Assembly (NCBI GenBank): GCA_038087875.1
Contig: CM075977.1
Span: forward strand, 288,548,001-288,612,000
DNA: 64,000 nucleotides
Source of the DNA: Malacoraja senta
Taxonomy: Eukaryota
Direction of reading: 5' to 3'
Positions 39,438 through 53,029 of the stretch are shown here, in pieces (position 1 is the stretch's first letter; each line of letters begins with the position of its first letter). Both the position numbers and the translations under genes were made by a program. Below the pieces are notes generated by a model. The model made no database searches. It was not told where the DNA came from and was given only the letters and a program-made list of their open reading frames with translations.

Positions 39438-40169
39438 GGTGGGTGTTATTTTGCATGTGAAACGGAGCTCTTGAAAACCAGACGTAAATACGTGGAGATT
39501 TTTACAATTATGGTAGAGATTTAACTTATGATTTCATAAATCCACTCCTCTCTAAATTCAGTCGATTATTTCCCCAGATTTTGAATAAAATTGTTCACAA
39601 AACATCAAAAAAAAATTAAATCAAACTGCTGCATGAGTCACAGTGCCACCTCACAGATGTCCAATCACAATGGATTTCATTTACATATATGACATCACAA
39701 TGGGACAGGGGTGGGAGATTGGAACCTCACATGGTCCCACTAAAATCAAACTGCTGCATGAATCACAGTGCCATGTCACGCCACAGCTGCCCAGCTGCTG
39801 ACGTTACAATAACAGAGACATTTTTACATCTTCTGGTAGAAATTTTCCTTATGATTTCAAAAATCCAATCCTCTATACATTTGGTCGATTATTTCCGAGA
39901 TATTTATTAAACTTATAACCAAACTGACATTTAAAAAAAATATTAAGGTTGCCCAGCTGCTGACCTCACAATGCCTTTGTACCTGGCCCAACTGCTTCCT
40001 GGCACGCCCGGCCCTGCCCCCCAGCCTGCCAGGTTGTTGATTTCATTGTTTTTCATTGAATTGAATTGAATTATTTCTCACTTAACATCACTAATTCTTA
40101 ACATTAACTTTTAATTTCAAAGACAGTTAAAAAAAATTGCTGTCTTCATTGACAGCGTAGATCGGACAC

Positions 40170-40205
<36 letters not shown>

Positions 40206-43200
40206 GGGGGGGGGTCCTCCCCTGAATTCCATAGAGCTGCTGACAGCTTTCGTGCATGAGACGCAACGCTTCATTTCCAGAACATTTTGAACGCGTGACG
40301 CACGGTTGCATTTCGCTCTGTCTCTCCCCCTCTCTCTCTCCCCCATCTCTCTCTCTCCCCCTCTCTCTCTCTCTCCCCCTCTCTCTCCCCCTTCCTCTCC
40401 ACCAACCCCCCTGCCCTCCCCCACCCTCCCTCCCCTAAACCCCCTTCACCCCTCCCCTCCACCTCCCCCCTACCCCCTTCCCTCCACCACATCCCCTCAC
40501 ACTCCCTCCCCCTCCCTTCACCCCCACCTCACCCTTCCCTTCCCCCCCTCTCCCCCCTTTCCTTCTCCCCTCTCGCCCTCTCTCTCCTCCCATCTCTCTC
40601 ACCCCTCCTCCCCCCCTCACCCACCCTCCCTCTCTTCCTCCCCTCCACCCCCCTCTCCCTCTGTCTCTTGCCCTTCTGTCTCTGCCCCTTTCACTCTGTC
40701 TCTCCCCATTCTCTCTCTGCCCTCATTCTCTACCCCCCCCCCTCTCTAGACGCGCCAGCGAGTTGGGGGCTATGCATCAGTGGATAGGGCGGTTATGGGT
40801 AAAAGGAGAAAATTAATAATATTAAGGGGGGTAGTTAGTGTGTGTGACGCCGCATGCGCCCCCCCCCCCAAGCCGCCCCAGCTCCCGCAACCACACGTTG
40901 GGGGAACAGACCCAACGGGTCTGCACTTAGTCTAGTATACTTTTAAAACTCTGTGTGTGTGTGTGTGTGTGTGTGGATGTGTGTGTGTCATTTTGCATGT
41001 GAAAAGTATTTCCTCGAGAACCAGACGCAAAAACGCGGAGATTTTACATATTTCGGTAGGGATTTAACTTATGATTTCAGAAATCCACTCCTCTCTAGAT
41101 TTCGTCAATTATTTCCCAGATTTTGAATAAAATTGTTCATAAAACATTTAAAAAAATTAAAATCAAACTGCTGCATGAGTCACAGTGTCATCTCACAGAT
41201 GTCCAATCACAATGGATCTCATTTACATATGCCATCACAATGGGACAGGTGTGGGAGATTGGAACCTTCACGTGGTCCCACTAATACCAAACTGCTGCAT
41301 GAGTCACAGTGCCATCTCACAGATGTACAATCACAATGGATCTCATTTACATATATCACAATGGGACAGGGGTGGGAGATCTCTCCCCCTCCCTCCCCCC
41401 CTTCCACCCCCGTGCCTTCCCCCACTCCCCCCTTCTCTCTCTCCCCTTCCTCTCTCCCTCCCCTTTCTCTCTCTCTCCCTTCTCTCTCTCTCCCCCTCCT
41501 CTCTCTCCCTCTCCTCCACCACTCTCTCCCTCTTCTCACCACCTCTCCCCCCCGCTCTTCCCCCTCTCCTCTCCCCGTCTTCCCCTCTCCTATCCCTACC
41601 CTTCCCCTCCCCTCTACACTCACCCCCCCTTCCCCCTCCCCTCTACCACCCCCTTCCCCTACCCGTCTCCCCTTCACCCTCCCCGCTCTCCTCCCCTCCG
41701 CCCATCCTCATCCCCCTCTCTCGTTTCCCCCCCTCCCCTCCCCACTCTCTCCCCATCTCCCTCCCCACTCTCTCCCAATCTCCCTCTCCCCTCGCCCCCC
41801 ACCCTCCCCCCCTCATCCTCTCCTCCTCCCCTCCACCCTCCTCTCCTTGTCTCTTGCCCTTCTGTCTCTGCCCCTCTCTCTCTGTCTCTCCCCATTCTCT
41901 CTCTGCCCTCACTCTCAACCCCACCCCCCCCTCTAGACGCGCCTGCGAGTTGGGGCTATGCGTCAGTGGATAGGGCGGTTATGTGGTAAAAGGAGCAAAT
42001 TAATAGTATTAATATGTCAAGGAGGGTAGTTAGCGTGTGTGCGGGGTGGTAGTTAGAGTGTGTGACGCCACATGTTGGGGAACAGACCCAACGGGTCTAC
42101 ACTTGGTCTAGTTATAATATAAAACTCTGATCTTGGATGCGGATGTGTGTATTTGTGTGTGCATTTGTTCATCTGTGATTCACATCTCCTCGAAAAACCG
42201 ATGCGATAACGGCGAAAATTTTACATATTCCAGTAGAGATTTACCTCATAATCTCGAAAATCGCCTCATCTGAAAATTTAATTCGTTATTTCCCAAGTTT
42301 TTTACTAAAATTGTTCACCAATCTGATATATTTTTGAAGTTAACGAGCTTAAGTTAACGAGCCGATGACGTCACAATGGCGCTGCGCAGTTTTCAACGCG
42401 CAGCCTGTTGGGCACTGTTTTCCAGGAGTGACGTCACCACCCCCCCCGCCTCCCCCCGATTTTTCATGCAGAAGCAATGTTCTGAGCAAGCATTCAGAGC
42501 AAGTGTTCTGCAGATCCCAAGGGCTTCCGAGAGTTTCAGCGCGCTTCCGAGGTCGACGCACGCTAGCCTCAGCTCGGCTTTCCCGAGAGCTGCCGAGAGC
42601 TTTGGTCGACGCACGATTCACGCTCGCACCTTGGCTCTGGTTTCCGAGACTTTCTGAGCGCTTCCGAGTTCAACGCACGCTAGCCTCGGCTCGGCTTTCA
42701 CAAGAATTCCAAAAGCTGCCGAGAGCTTTTTACTAGAGTCGGGCCCTGTACTAGAGCTCTCTCTCTCTCCCTCCCCGGGCTCTCTCCACTTTTCGCAGCA
42801 CCCTTGCTCGCCCAACTCCCCCCCTCCTCTTCTCCCCCCTCTCCCCCTCCCCTCTCATCCTTCCCCCTCTTTCCCCTCCTCCCCTCTCTCCCCTCTACTA
42901 TCTTTCCCCCCTCCCCTCTACCCCCTCTCCTTCCTCCCTCCCCACTATCGCCCCTCCACCCCCCCTCCCCTCCACCCCCTCCCTTTCCCTCTCCCCTCCA
43001 CCCCCTCCCTTCCCCACCTCCCACCCTCCTCTCTACCCCCCTCCTCTCTGCCCCCCTCCTCTCTCCCCTACTCCTCTCCCCCTCCTCCTCTCAACTGTAC
43101 TCTCTCCCCCTCCCCTCCCCACTCTACCCCCTCTCGACCCTCTCTCACCTTCCTCTCTCCCCCTCCCTTCCCCCTCCCCCCTCCTCCAACCCCTCCAGTT

Positions 43201-43464
43201 TCACCTCCCCCTCCTCTCTCCCCTCTACTCTCTCCCCCACTCCCATCCCCTCAACTCCCCCATCTCTCCCTCCTCTCTCTCCCCTTCCCCATCTCTCTCC
43301 CCCTCTCCCTCTCTCTCCCCCTCTCCCCTCCCCCTCCCTCCCCCTCCCTCCCTGCGTGTGTGGAAGGGTGGTTAGTGTGTGTGACGCCGCAGCCTCCCCC
43401 CCCGCGACAGCACGTTGAGAGGACGGGACCCAACGGGTCCCCCTTGGTCTAGTATACTTTTAAA

Positions 43465-43505
<41 letters not shown>

Positions 43506-46500
43506 CATTTTGCCTTTGAAACGTATTTCCTCGAAAACCAGATGGAAAAACGCTGAGATTTTTACATATTTCGGTAGGGATTTAACTTATGATTTCAGAA
43601 ATCCACTCCTCTCTAGATTTGGTCAATTATTTCCCCAGATTTTGAATAAAATTGTTCACAAAACATACAAAAAATTAAAATCAAACTGCTGCATGAGTCA
43701 CCACCTCACAGATGTCCAATCACAATGGATCTCATTTACATATGATATGACATCACAATGGGACAGGGGTGCGAGATTGGAACCTTCACGTGGTCCCACT
43801 AGAATCAAACTGCAGCATGAATCACAGTGCCATCTCACAGATGTCTAATCACAATGGGACAGGGGTGGAAGATCTCTCCCCCCCTTCCACCCCCGGGCCT
43901 TTCCCCCACTCCCCCTTCTCTCTCCCCCCTTCCTCTCTCCGTCCCCTTTCTCTCTCTCCCCGTCCACTCTCTCTCCACCTCTCCCCTCCCCCTCTCCTCC
44001 CCTCTTCTCCCCCACCTCTCCTCTCACCCCCCCCTTCCCCCACCCCTCTCTACCCCTCACCCACCCTTCCCCCCTCCCCCTCTACCACCACTTCCCCTAC
44101 CCGTCTCCCCCTTCACCCTCCCCACTCTCTTCCCTCCGCCCATCCTCATCCCCCTCTCTCCCTTCCCCCTCCCCTTCCCTCCCCCCCTCCCCACTCTCTC
44201 CCCATCCCCTCCCCACTCTCTCCAATCTCCCCCTCCCTCTTCCCCTCCCCACTCACTCCCCTCCCCACCTCTCCATTTCCCCGTCCTCCTCCCTCCCTCA
44301 CCCGCCCTGTCCCCACCCCCTTCCCCCTCCCCACTCTCTCCCCCATCATCCTCTCACCCCATCCCCTCTCCATCTCCCCCTCTCCCCCATCCTCTTCATG
44401 CCTCTCCACCCCTTCTCCATCCCATCTCCCCCCTCCCTCTACCCCACATCTCCCTTCCCCCTCTCTCCTCATCTCTCTTTGCCCCTCGAGATAGGGTGGG
44501 GATGGGGTAAAAGGAGGAAATGAATAATATTAATATAATATCAAGGGGGGTGGTTAGTGTGTGTGAGTGTGTGTTGGGGGGGTGGTGAATAGTGTGTGTG
44601 GGGGGTGGTTAGTGTGTGTGTGGGGGGGGTGGTGGGTAGTGTGTGTGTGTGTGTGTTGGGGGTGGTGGTTAGTGTGTGTGATGCCGCAACCGCGCGTTGA
44701 ATGGACGGGACCCTCTCCCCCTCCCCTCTTCCCCCTCCCCCTTCTCCCCCTCTGCTCCCCCTCCCACTCTCTGCCCCCCCACCTCTCCCCTCCTACCCAC
44801 CTCCAACCCCCTCTCCTCCTCCAACCCCCACTCCCCTCTTCCAACCCCCTCTCCTCTCCTCCAACCCCTCCCCTCTACCCCTTCCCTCTCTCCCCACTCC
44901 CCCTCCTCTCTCCCCCTCTTCTCTCCCCACCTCCCCCCTCTCTCCCCTCCCGCTCCCCCTCTCTCTCTTCCCCACCCCCCATTTCCCCCTCATCCCCCTC
45001 TCCGCTCCCCATCTCCCCCTACCCCCCTCTCACCCCTTCTCTACCCCCTCCTGCCCCTGTGTGTGTGTGTGGGGTGGTTAGTGTGCGTGTGAACCGCAGC
45101 AGCCGCTCCCCCCAACCCTAACCGCGCGTTGGGGGAACAGACCCAACGGGTCTGCACTTGGTCTAGTATACTTTTAAAACTCTGTGTGTGTGTGTGTGTG
45201 TGTGTGTGGGTGCGTGTCATTTTGCATTTGAAACGTATTTTCTCAAAAACCAGACGCAAAAACGCTGAGATTTTTATATATTTCGGTAGCAATTTAACTT
45301 ATGATTTCGGTAATCGACTCCTCTCTAAATTTGATCAATTATTTCCCCAGATTTTTAATAAAGTTGTTCACAAAACGGACTGTTTTTTAAAAATCAAACC
45401 GCTGCGGCAGCTGTGGACGTCACAATGCCCTTGCTCGCTGCACCGCCCCCCCCCCCCTCCCCCGCTCTCGATGAAAGCAGATGCTCTCAATGCGCAGGCG
45501 CACTTTCCATCACCCTCCCCCCCCCCTAACTCAGTCATTTTTTCGCCTCCCGCTGTGCTGCGGACCAAAGATCCAGAGGGAGTAATGGCCGCCAGGGCCA
45601 CCTTCTCATCGCGTGCCCCGCGCGACGTTAACGGCTGCTGCCGCCCGGCTCTCCTCCACCCCCCCCCATCTCTTCTCACCTCCCTCCCTCTCTCCCCTCT
45701 ACCCGTCAGAGGGGACCATCTCCTCTCCGTGTCCGCTGTCCGAACGTCGGTAACGCTGGCGGAAGCCACGATCGGCTGGTCGTCCAAAGCTTTTGGCAGC
45801 TCAGCAAAGAGCCTATAGCGCGCTATAGGATCTTTGCTCCCCGCGACCTGCCGCCCCGCCGCAACCCTCTGTCTCTCTCTCCCCCTTCTCTCTCTCCCTC
45901 TCCCTCTCCTCTCTCTCCCCTCTCTCCCCCTCTCTCTCTCTCCCCCTCTCCCCCTTACTCTCCCCCACCCCCTACCCTACCCCACCCCCTCCCCTAAAGA
46001 CCCTTACCCCCTCCCCCCTCCCCTCCACACCCTCACCTGCGCCCCCTCCCCTACCCCCTTCCCTCCACCCCATCCCCTCCCTTCCCCCTCTCCCCATCCC
46101 TTCCCAGCCCTCTCCCCCCTCTCTCCTCCCATCTCTCTCTCCCATCCTCCCCCCTCACCTACCCTCCCTCTCCTCTTCCCCTCCACCCCCCCTCTCCCTC
46201 TGTCTCTTGCCCTTCTCTCTGCCTCTCCCCATTCTCTCTCTGCCCTCACTCTCTACCCCCCTCCCTCTAAACGCTGGTTGTCCACTGCTTTTGGCAGCTC
46301 AGCAAAGAGGATCTTTGCTCCCCGCGACTTGCCGCACCGGTGCAGTCCTCTGTCTCACTCTCTCTCTCTCCCCCCTCTCTCTCTCCCTCTCCTCTCTCTC
46401 TCTCCCTCCACCCCTCTCTCCCCCCCTCGCTCTCTCCCCTCTCTCCACCCTCTCTCCCCCCTCTCTCTCTGCCCTCACTCTCTACCCACCCCTCTCCCTC

Positions 46501-49114
46501 TCTGCCCTCACTCTCTACCCACCCCCCTCCCTCTCTATAGCCCCCAACTGTGCCTGCGAGTTGGGGGCTATGCGTCAGTGGATAGGGCGGTTATGGGGTA
46601 AAAGGAGCAAATTAATAATATTATTATGTCAAGGGGGGTAGTTAGTGTGTGTGTGGGGTTGGTTCGTGTGTGTGACGCCTCATGCCGCCCCCCCAACTCC
46701 CCCCCGCAAACATGGGTTGGGGGAACAGGCCCAACGGGTCTGCACTTGGTCTAGTATACTATTAAAACTCTGTGTCTGTGTGTGTGTGGATGTGTTTATT
46801 TATTTGTCACATTTGGCCTTTGATTCCAAAACCACACGCCAAAACTCCGCGATTTTTTCCATTTCGCTAGACATTACACTTTTACATACCCTAACACGCT
46901 CCTTATTAGATTTAGACATTTGTATGTACACGTTTTAATAAATTCCATCCCCCCCCCCCCCCCACTCACTCATTTTGTCTCCTCCTGCTGGCCAGCCACC
47001 ATAATGGCTGCTGCCGCCCGGCTCTGCTCCAAAAAAGACGCCATTTTTTTCTTTCGCTGCCGCCCGGCACTCCTCCACCACCCCCTCCCCCTCCCCTCAC
47101 ACCCCTGCCGGCTCTTTCACACTGGCTCAAGCGCCCGGCCAAAAACGGCAACATTTCATTTTTTCGCTGCTGCCGCCCGGCTCTCCTCAACTGCCCCCCC
47201 CCCCCCCCCCCCCGGGCCGGCTCTATCATGCTGGCTCAAGACGCTGTCTACGCTGTCAAGACGCTGAAGCACGTTCAGGAACCAGACCCTGGGGTCTGAA
47301 GCACGTTCGGGGTCCAGACCCAACGGGTCAGCTCTTGGTCTAGTATCGGTAGGGATTTAACTTATGATTTCAGAAATCCACTCCTCTCTAGATTTCGTCA
47401 ATTATTTCCCCAGATTTTGAATTAAATTGTTCACAAAACATTTAAAAAAAAAAAAAAAAACTGCTGCATGAGTCACATTGCCACCTCACAGATGTCTAAT
47501 CACAATGGATCTCATTTACATTTGACATCACAATGGGACAGGGGTGGGAGATCTCTCCCCCACGCTCCCTCCCACCCGCAGACCTTTCCCCCACTCCCCC
47601 CTTCTCTCTCTCCCCCATCTCTCTCTCTCCCCCTCCACTCTCCCCCTCCACTCTCTCCCTCTCCTCTCTCTCCCTCTCCTCTCTCTCCCCCTCCACTCTC
47701 TCTCCACCTCTCCCATCCCCCTCCCCCCTCTCCTCTCCCCTCCTCCCCTCTTCTCCCCCACCCCTCTCCTCTCACCTCCCCCTCTTCCCCTCTCTTCTTC
47801 CCTCCCCTTCCCCACCCCTCTCTACCCCCCTCACCCGTCCCTGTCTCCCCTTCACCCTCCCCGCTCTCCTCCCCTCCCCATCCTCATCCCCCTCTCTCTC
47901 CCCTCCCCCTCCCCACTCTCTCCCCATCTCCCCCAATCTCCCCCTCCCCACTGTCTCCCCATCTCCCCTTCCCCTCCCCACTCTATCCCCTCTCCCCCAC
48001 CTCTCCATTTCCCCCTCTCCTCCTCCCTCCCCCCTTCTCTTCACCCCAGCCCCCCTCTCCCTTTCCCCCTCCCTCTCCCCGTCACCACTCTCCCCATCCC
48101 CCTCACCCCATCCCCCCATCTCCATCTCCCCCTCTCCCCCATTCCCCCATCCTCTTCCTGCCTCTCCACCCCTTCTCCATCCCATCTCACCCCCTCCCTC
48201 CACCCCAACTCTCTCCTCATCTCCTTCCCCCCTCTCTCCCTCCCCTTCTCCTTCTTTCTCTGCCCCACTCTCTTTGCCCCTCGAGATAGGGTGGGGATGG
48301 GGTAAAAGGAGCCAATTAATAATATTAATAGAATATCAAGGGGGGAGGTTAGTGTGTGTGTGTGTGTTGGGGGGGGGGGGTTAGTGTGTGTGTGTGTGTG
48401 TATGTGTGTGTGTTGGCGGGGGTTAGTGTGTGTGTTGGGGGGTGGTTAATGTGTGTGTTGGGGGGGTGGTTAGTGTGTGTGTTGGGGCGGTGGTTAGTGT
48501 GTGTGTTGGGGGGGTGGTGGTTAGTGTGTGTGTGGGGGGGTGGTGGTTAGTGTGTGGGGGGGGTGGTGCTTAGTGTGTGTGTGGGGGGGTGGTGGTTAGT
48601 GTATGTGTGTGGGGGGGAGGGGTGGTGGTTAGTGTGTGTGACACCGCAACCTCCCCGCCCCGCAACCGCGCGTTGAATGGACGGGACCCTCTCCCCTCCC
48701 CTCCCCCTTCACCCTCTCCCTCTGCCCCCCCTCCCCCTCTGCCCCACCCACCTCTCCCCTCATCCTACCCCCCTCCAATACCCCCTCCTCTCCAATCCCC
48801 TTCTCCCCTCCTCTAACCCCCTCTCCCCTCCTCCAACCCACTCTCCCCTCCTACAACCCACTCTCCCTTCCCCTCTACTCCCTCCCCACTCCCCCTCCTC
48901 TCTCCCCTCATCTCTCCCCACCCCTCTCTCCCCCTCTCTCTCTTCCCCCCCATTTCCCCTCCTCTCCCACCCCTCCCCCCCTCCTCTACTCCCTCCCCCC
49001 CTCTACTCCCTCCCCCCTGTGTGTGTGGAGTGGTTAGTGTGCGTGTGAAGCCGCAGCACCCGCCCCCCTCCCCCCAACCGCGTGTTGGGGGAACAGACCC
49101 AGTGGGTCTGCACT

Positions 49115-49277
49115 NNNNNNNNNNNNNNNNNNNNNNNNNNNNNNNNNNNNNNNNNNNNNNNNNNNNNNNNNNNNNNNNNNNNNNNNNNNNNNNNNNNNNN
49201 NNNNNNNNNNNNNNNNNNNNNNNNNNNNNNNNNNNNNNNNNNNNNNNNNNNNNNNNNNNNNNNNNNNNNNNNNNNNN
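49115..49277. other. Assembly gap (163 N)
   Basis: Run of n. Confidence 0.99.
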
Positions 49278-49740
49278 TTGAAACGTATCTCCTCGAAAAC
49301 CAGACGCAAAAACGTGGAGATTTTTACAATTTCGGTAGGGATTTAACTTATGATTTCATTAATCCACTCCTCTCTAAATTCAGTCGATTATTTACCCAGA
49401 TTTTGAGTAAAATTGTTCACAAAACATCAAAAATGTTTTAACTCTGCTGCATGAGTCACAATGCCACCTCACAAATGTCCAATCACAATGGATCTCATTA
49501 ATATGACATCACAATGGGACAGGGGTGGGAGATTGGAACCTTCACATGGTCCCACTAAAATCAATCTGCTGCATGAGTCACAGATGTCCAATCACAATGG
49601 ATCGCATTTACATATGATATGACATCACAATGGGACAGGGGTGGGAGATTGGAACCTTCACATGGTCCCACTAAAATTAAACTGCTGCATGAGTCACAGT
49701 GCCATCTCGCGCCACCGCTGTCCAGCTGCTCACGTTACAA

Positions 49741-50244
49741 TTTATATACTTTTTAAACTGTGTGTGTGTGTATGTCATTTTTTTGCCCTTTGATTCGTTA
49801 CTCCGCCAAAACCACACGCGAAAACGCCGAGATTTTTTCCATTTCGCTAGCGATTGCACTTTTACATTCGCTGATCCACTCCTCATTATATTTCGTCATT
49901 TTTCTGTACACATTTTTAATAAAATCCTTCCCCCCCCACTCACTAATTTTTTCGCCTTTCGCTCTCCTCCAAAAACGCTGAAATTTTTCACATTTCGCTA
50001 GCGATTTTACTTCCTCCACTTCCCCCCCCCCCCCCGCAGTCCGAAAATCCCGCGTGTCAACAGCCTGTCAGCCCGCAGACGCATTGAGGGCGAACGCAGC
50101 GTCTCGACGGCGTACGCAGCGTCTCGACGGCGTACGCAGCGTCTTGACGGCGTACGCCTAGCGCGTGGCGTTGCGTGATGACGTCAGGCCACCCCCCCTT
50201 GCAACCGCATGTTACGGGAACAGACCCAACGGGTCTGCACTTAG
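49741..50244 (+). mobile_element. Single complete non-autonomous Helitron nested at an A^T site in another unit
   Basis: Host 'gttacaa|taacag' is contiguous at ~39804-39816 but is split here by 'tttatatactttttaaactg…gacccaacgggtctgcacttag'; no TSD. Confidence 0.8.
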
Positions 50245-51363
50245 TAACAGTTAAATTTTTACATCTTCTGGTAGAAATTTTCCTTATGATTTCAAAAATC
50301 CAATCCTCTATACATTTGGTCAATTATTTCCCAAGATTTACTAAAATTTATAACCAAACTGACATTTAAAAAAAATATTAAGGTTGCCCAGCTGCTGAAC
50401 TCACAATGCCTTTGGGCCTGGCCCAACAGCCTCCTGGCCCACGCCCTGTCCTGCCCCGCCCCCCTGCCTCCTGGCCCGGCCCCGCCCCCCCAGCCTGACA
50501 GGTTGTTGATTCCATAGTTTTTCATTGAATTGAATTGAATTATTTCTCACCTAACATCACTAATTCTTAACATTAACTTTTAATTTCAAAGACAGTTAAA
50601 AAAAAATTAATTTGCTGTCTTCATTGACAGCTTAGATCGGACCCGCTGTGTGTGTGTGTGGGGGTGGTTAGTGTGTGTGCCCAGCTACTGACCTCACAAT
50701 GCCTTTGCACCTGGCCCAACTGCCCCCTGGCCCCGCCTGACCCTGCCCTTCCACCTGCTTCCTGGCCCCGCAGCCTGCCAGGTCATCTCTCTCTCTCTCC
50801 CCTCTCTCTCTCTCTCACCCCTCATCTCTCTCTCTTCCCCATCTCTTTCTCTCCCCCCTCTCACTCTCCCCCCTCCCTCTTTCTCTCCCCCTTCCTCTCC
50901 CCCACCTCCTGCCCTTCCCCACCCTTCCTCCCCTAAACCCCCTTCCCCTCTCTTCTCCCCTACCCCCTTCATTCCACCCCAACCCCTCCCCACCCTCCCC
51001 CTCCCTTCCCCCCACCCTCCCCCCTCAGACCCCCTCTCCCCTTCTCTCCTCCCCTCTCCTCCCATCTCTCGCACCCCTCCTCCCCCACCCACCCCCTCAC
51101 CCACCCTCCCTCTCCTCCTCCCCTCCACCACCCTCTACCTCTGTCTCTTGCCCTTCTGTCTCTGCCCCTTTCTCTCTGTCTCTCCTCATTCTCTCTGCCC
51201 ACACTCTCTACCCCCCTCTCTAGACGCGGCAAGGGGGGTAGTTAGCGTGTGTACGGGGGGGTAGTTAGTGTGTGTGACGACGCATGGCGCCCCCCAGCAA
51301 CCACACGTTGGGGGAAACAGACCCAACGGGTCTGCACTTGGTCTAGTATACTTTTAAAAGAGA

Positions 51364-51394
<31 letters not shown>

Positions 51395-51748
51395 CGCGTG
51401 TGTGTGTGTGATTTTGCCTTTGAAACGTATCTCCTCGAAAACCAGACACAAAAACGTGGAGATTTTTACAATTATGGTAGATTTTTACATAGGGATTTTA
51501 CTTATGATTTCAGAAATCCACTGCTCTCTAGATTTGGTCAATTAATTCCCCAGATTTTGAATAAAATTGTTCACAAAACATCAACAAATTTTAAAATCAA
51601 ACTGGGTGCCTCAGTCAGCCTCTGCAAGATGGGGGAACGAGAGGGTCACGTCTCTCAGTCTGAGCTGTGAATAACACTGAACACATGTCTACTAAACTGT
51701 GAGTGGTTTTACTGACCTGTCAGTGCCCTTAATGTGGTTTGAAAATAT

Positions 51749-51932
51749 GGTTTGGAAATGCTAAAGCTGTGTTGCCTTTGGTTTGGAAATGCTAAAGCTG
51801 TGTTGCCTTTGGTTTGGAAATGCTTAAGCTGTGTTGCCTTTGGTTTGGAAATGCTAAAGCTGTGTTGCCTTTGTTTTGGAAATGCTAAAGCTGTGTTGCC
51901 TTTGGTTTGGAAATGCTAAAGCTGTGTTGCCT
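51749..51932 (+). repeat. 31-bp tandem repeat x6 (ggtttggaaatgctaaagctgtgttgccttt)
   Basis: Units start at 51749, 51780, 51811, 51842, 51873, 51904; no spacers. Confidence 0.95.
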
Positions 51933-53029
51933 AATTAAAGTTGTCTTGCCTAATTAAAGTTGCCTTGCCTTCTATATAATTAAAAGGCTAATCTTGCCCA
52001 CTTCCTGTTTGTGCTTTATATTGATTTTAGAAAAAAAAGCTACCACGTGCGGCTGTGATTTTTGGTCATCTTACTCAGAGTCCCTCTCTGCTCATCAGGT
52101 GCTGAGGATTTTTCCCATCGATGAAAAATAAAAGAGTTATTAGTGTTGAACAAATGTTGAGATTCTCTCTCCTGTCAATCATGCCATGAAGGCCACGCCC
52201 CTTCTGGTGGGGGGAGGGACTATAAACCCAGAAGTGTGGGCGTGGCTCAGTCTATGCAACATGGAGGAGGGAGAGGTCACGACTCGCTGTCTTTCGTGGC
52301 CTTGCACCCTGCTTGAAATGGCATTAAACTGCACTTGAATTTGGTGGCCTTGCACCCTGCTCGAAATGGAATTTCAAGGAATAGCCGTAAGTCAACTGAC
52401 AGCCCACCAGCCGTGAGTGAGTGAGCTGCCAGCACAACAGACTTGAGTGACTGAGCCGCCAGCCCAAGAATCCATTCGGCCCACAATGTCCATACTAGCC
52501 CTCTGGAAACCAGTCTCTTCAGCCCACAACACCCATACTAGCGCTCCAGAAAGCCCCCCCCCCCCACTGGCCACCAATATTGGAATTGGGGGAGAGGTGG
52601 AATATTGCGTTGGGGGACCAGCCCTCCCGTGTGATGCTGGGACCCAACGGGTCCCACTTAGTCTAGTATTAATATATCAAGGGGGGTGGTTAGTGTGTGT
52701 GTGATGCCGAAGTCCGACCCCGCCACCGCGCATTGTGAGGACGGGACCCAACGGGTCCCACTTGGTCTAGTGTCCCTTTATAGCCTCCTTAACTGCAAGG
52801 ACAAAGATCAGACAGGATGTAACATATGCAAAAATGTAAAATTGTTCATTTTGGCAAAATATTATCCAAATTATGAGGTGGTAGAACTCAGAGATGCAAA
52901 GGGATCTGGGTCACCTTTTTTCAGGAAGGATGTAAATTGTGGGAAACAGGTCGGGGGTTTACTAGACATTTGTGAAAGTCAGTTGTGACTTCTGAGGAAA
53001 TTATGGAGAGAATGAGCTCGTATTTTCTT

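Larger units (their letters stand above)
39348..52770 (+). mobile_element. Composite array of non-autonomous Helitrons (~11 3' termini) with (TG)n and long C/T-rich tracts
   Basis: Begins A|TC and ends CTAG|T with no TSD; hairpin 'gacccaacgggtc' followed about 8-10 nt later by CTAG ending at 40935, 42111, 43452, 45166, 46754, 47343, 51346, 52666, 52770 (TTAG at 50244; one cut by the gap at 49114). Confidence 0.8.

Noticed and set aside
40146-51232. Many long Pro/Ser/Leu-rich and Gly/Glu/Arg-rich ORFs
   Set aside because: By-products of stop-poor C/T tracts, open in all frames, inside a PAQR3 intron.
51749-51932. CRISPR-like 31-bp repeats
   Set aside because: Head-to-tail with no spacers, no cas genes, eukaryotic context.
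39348-52770. Autonomous Helitron (RepHel) gene
   Set aside because: No HUH or helicase motifs in any ORF of the array.
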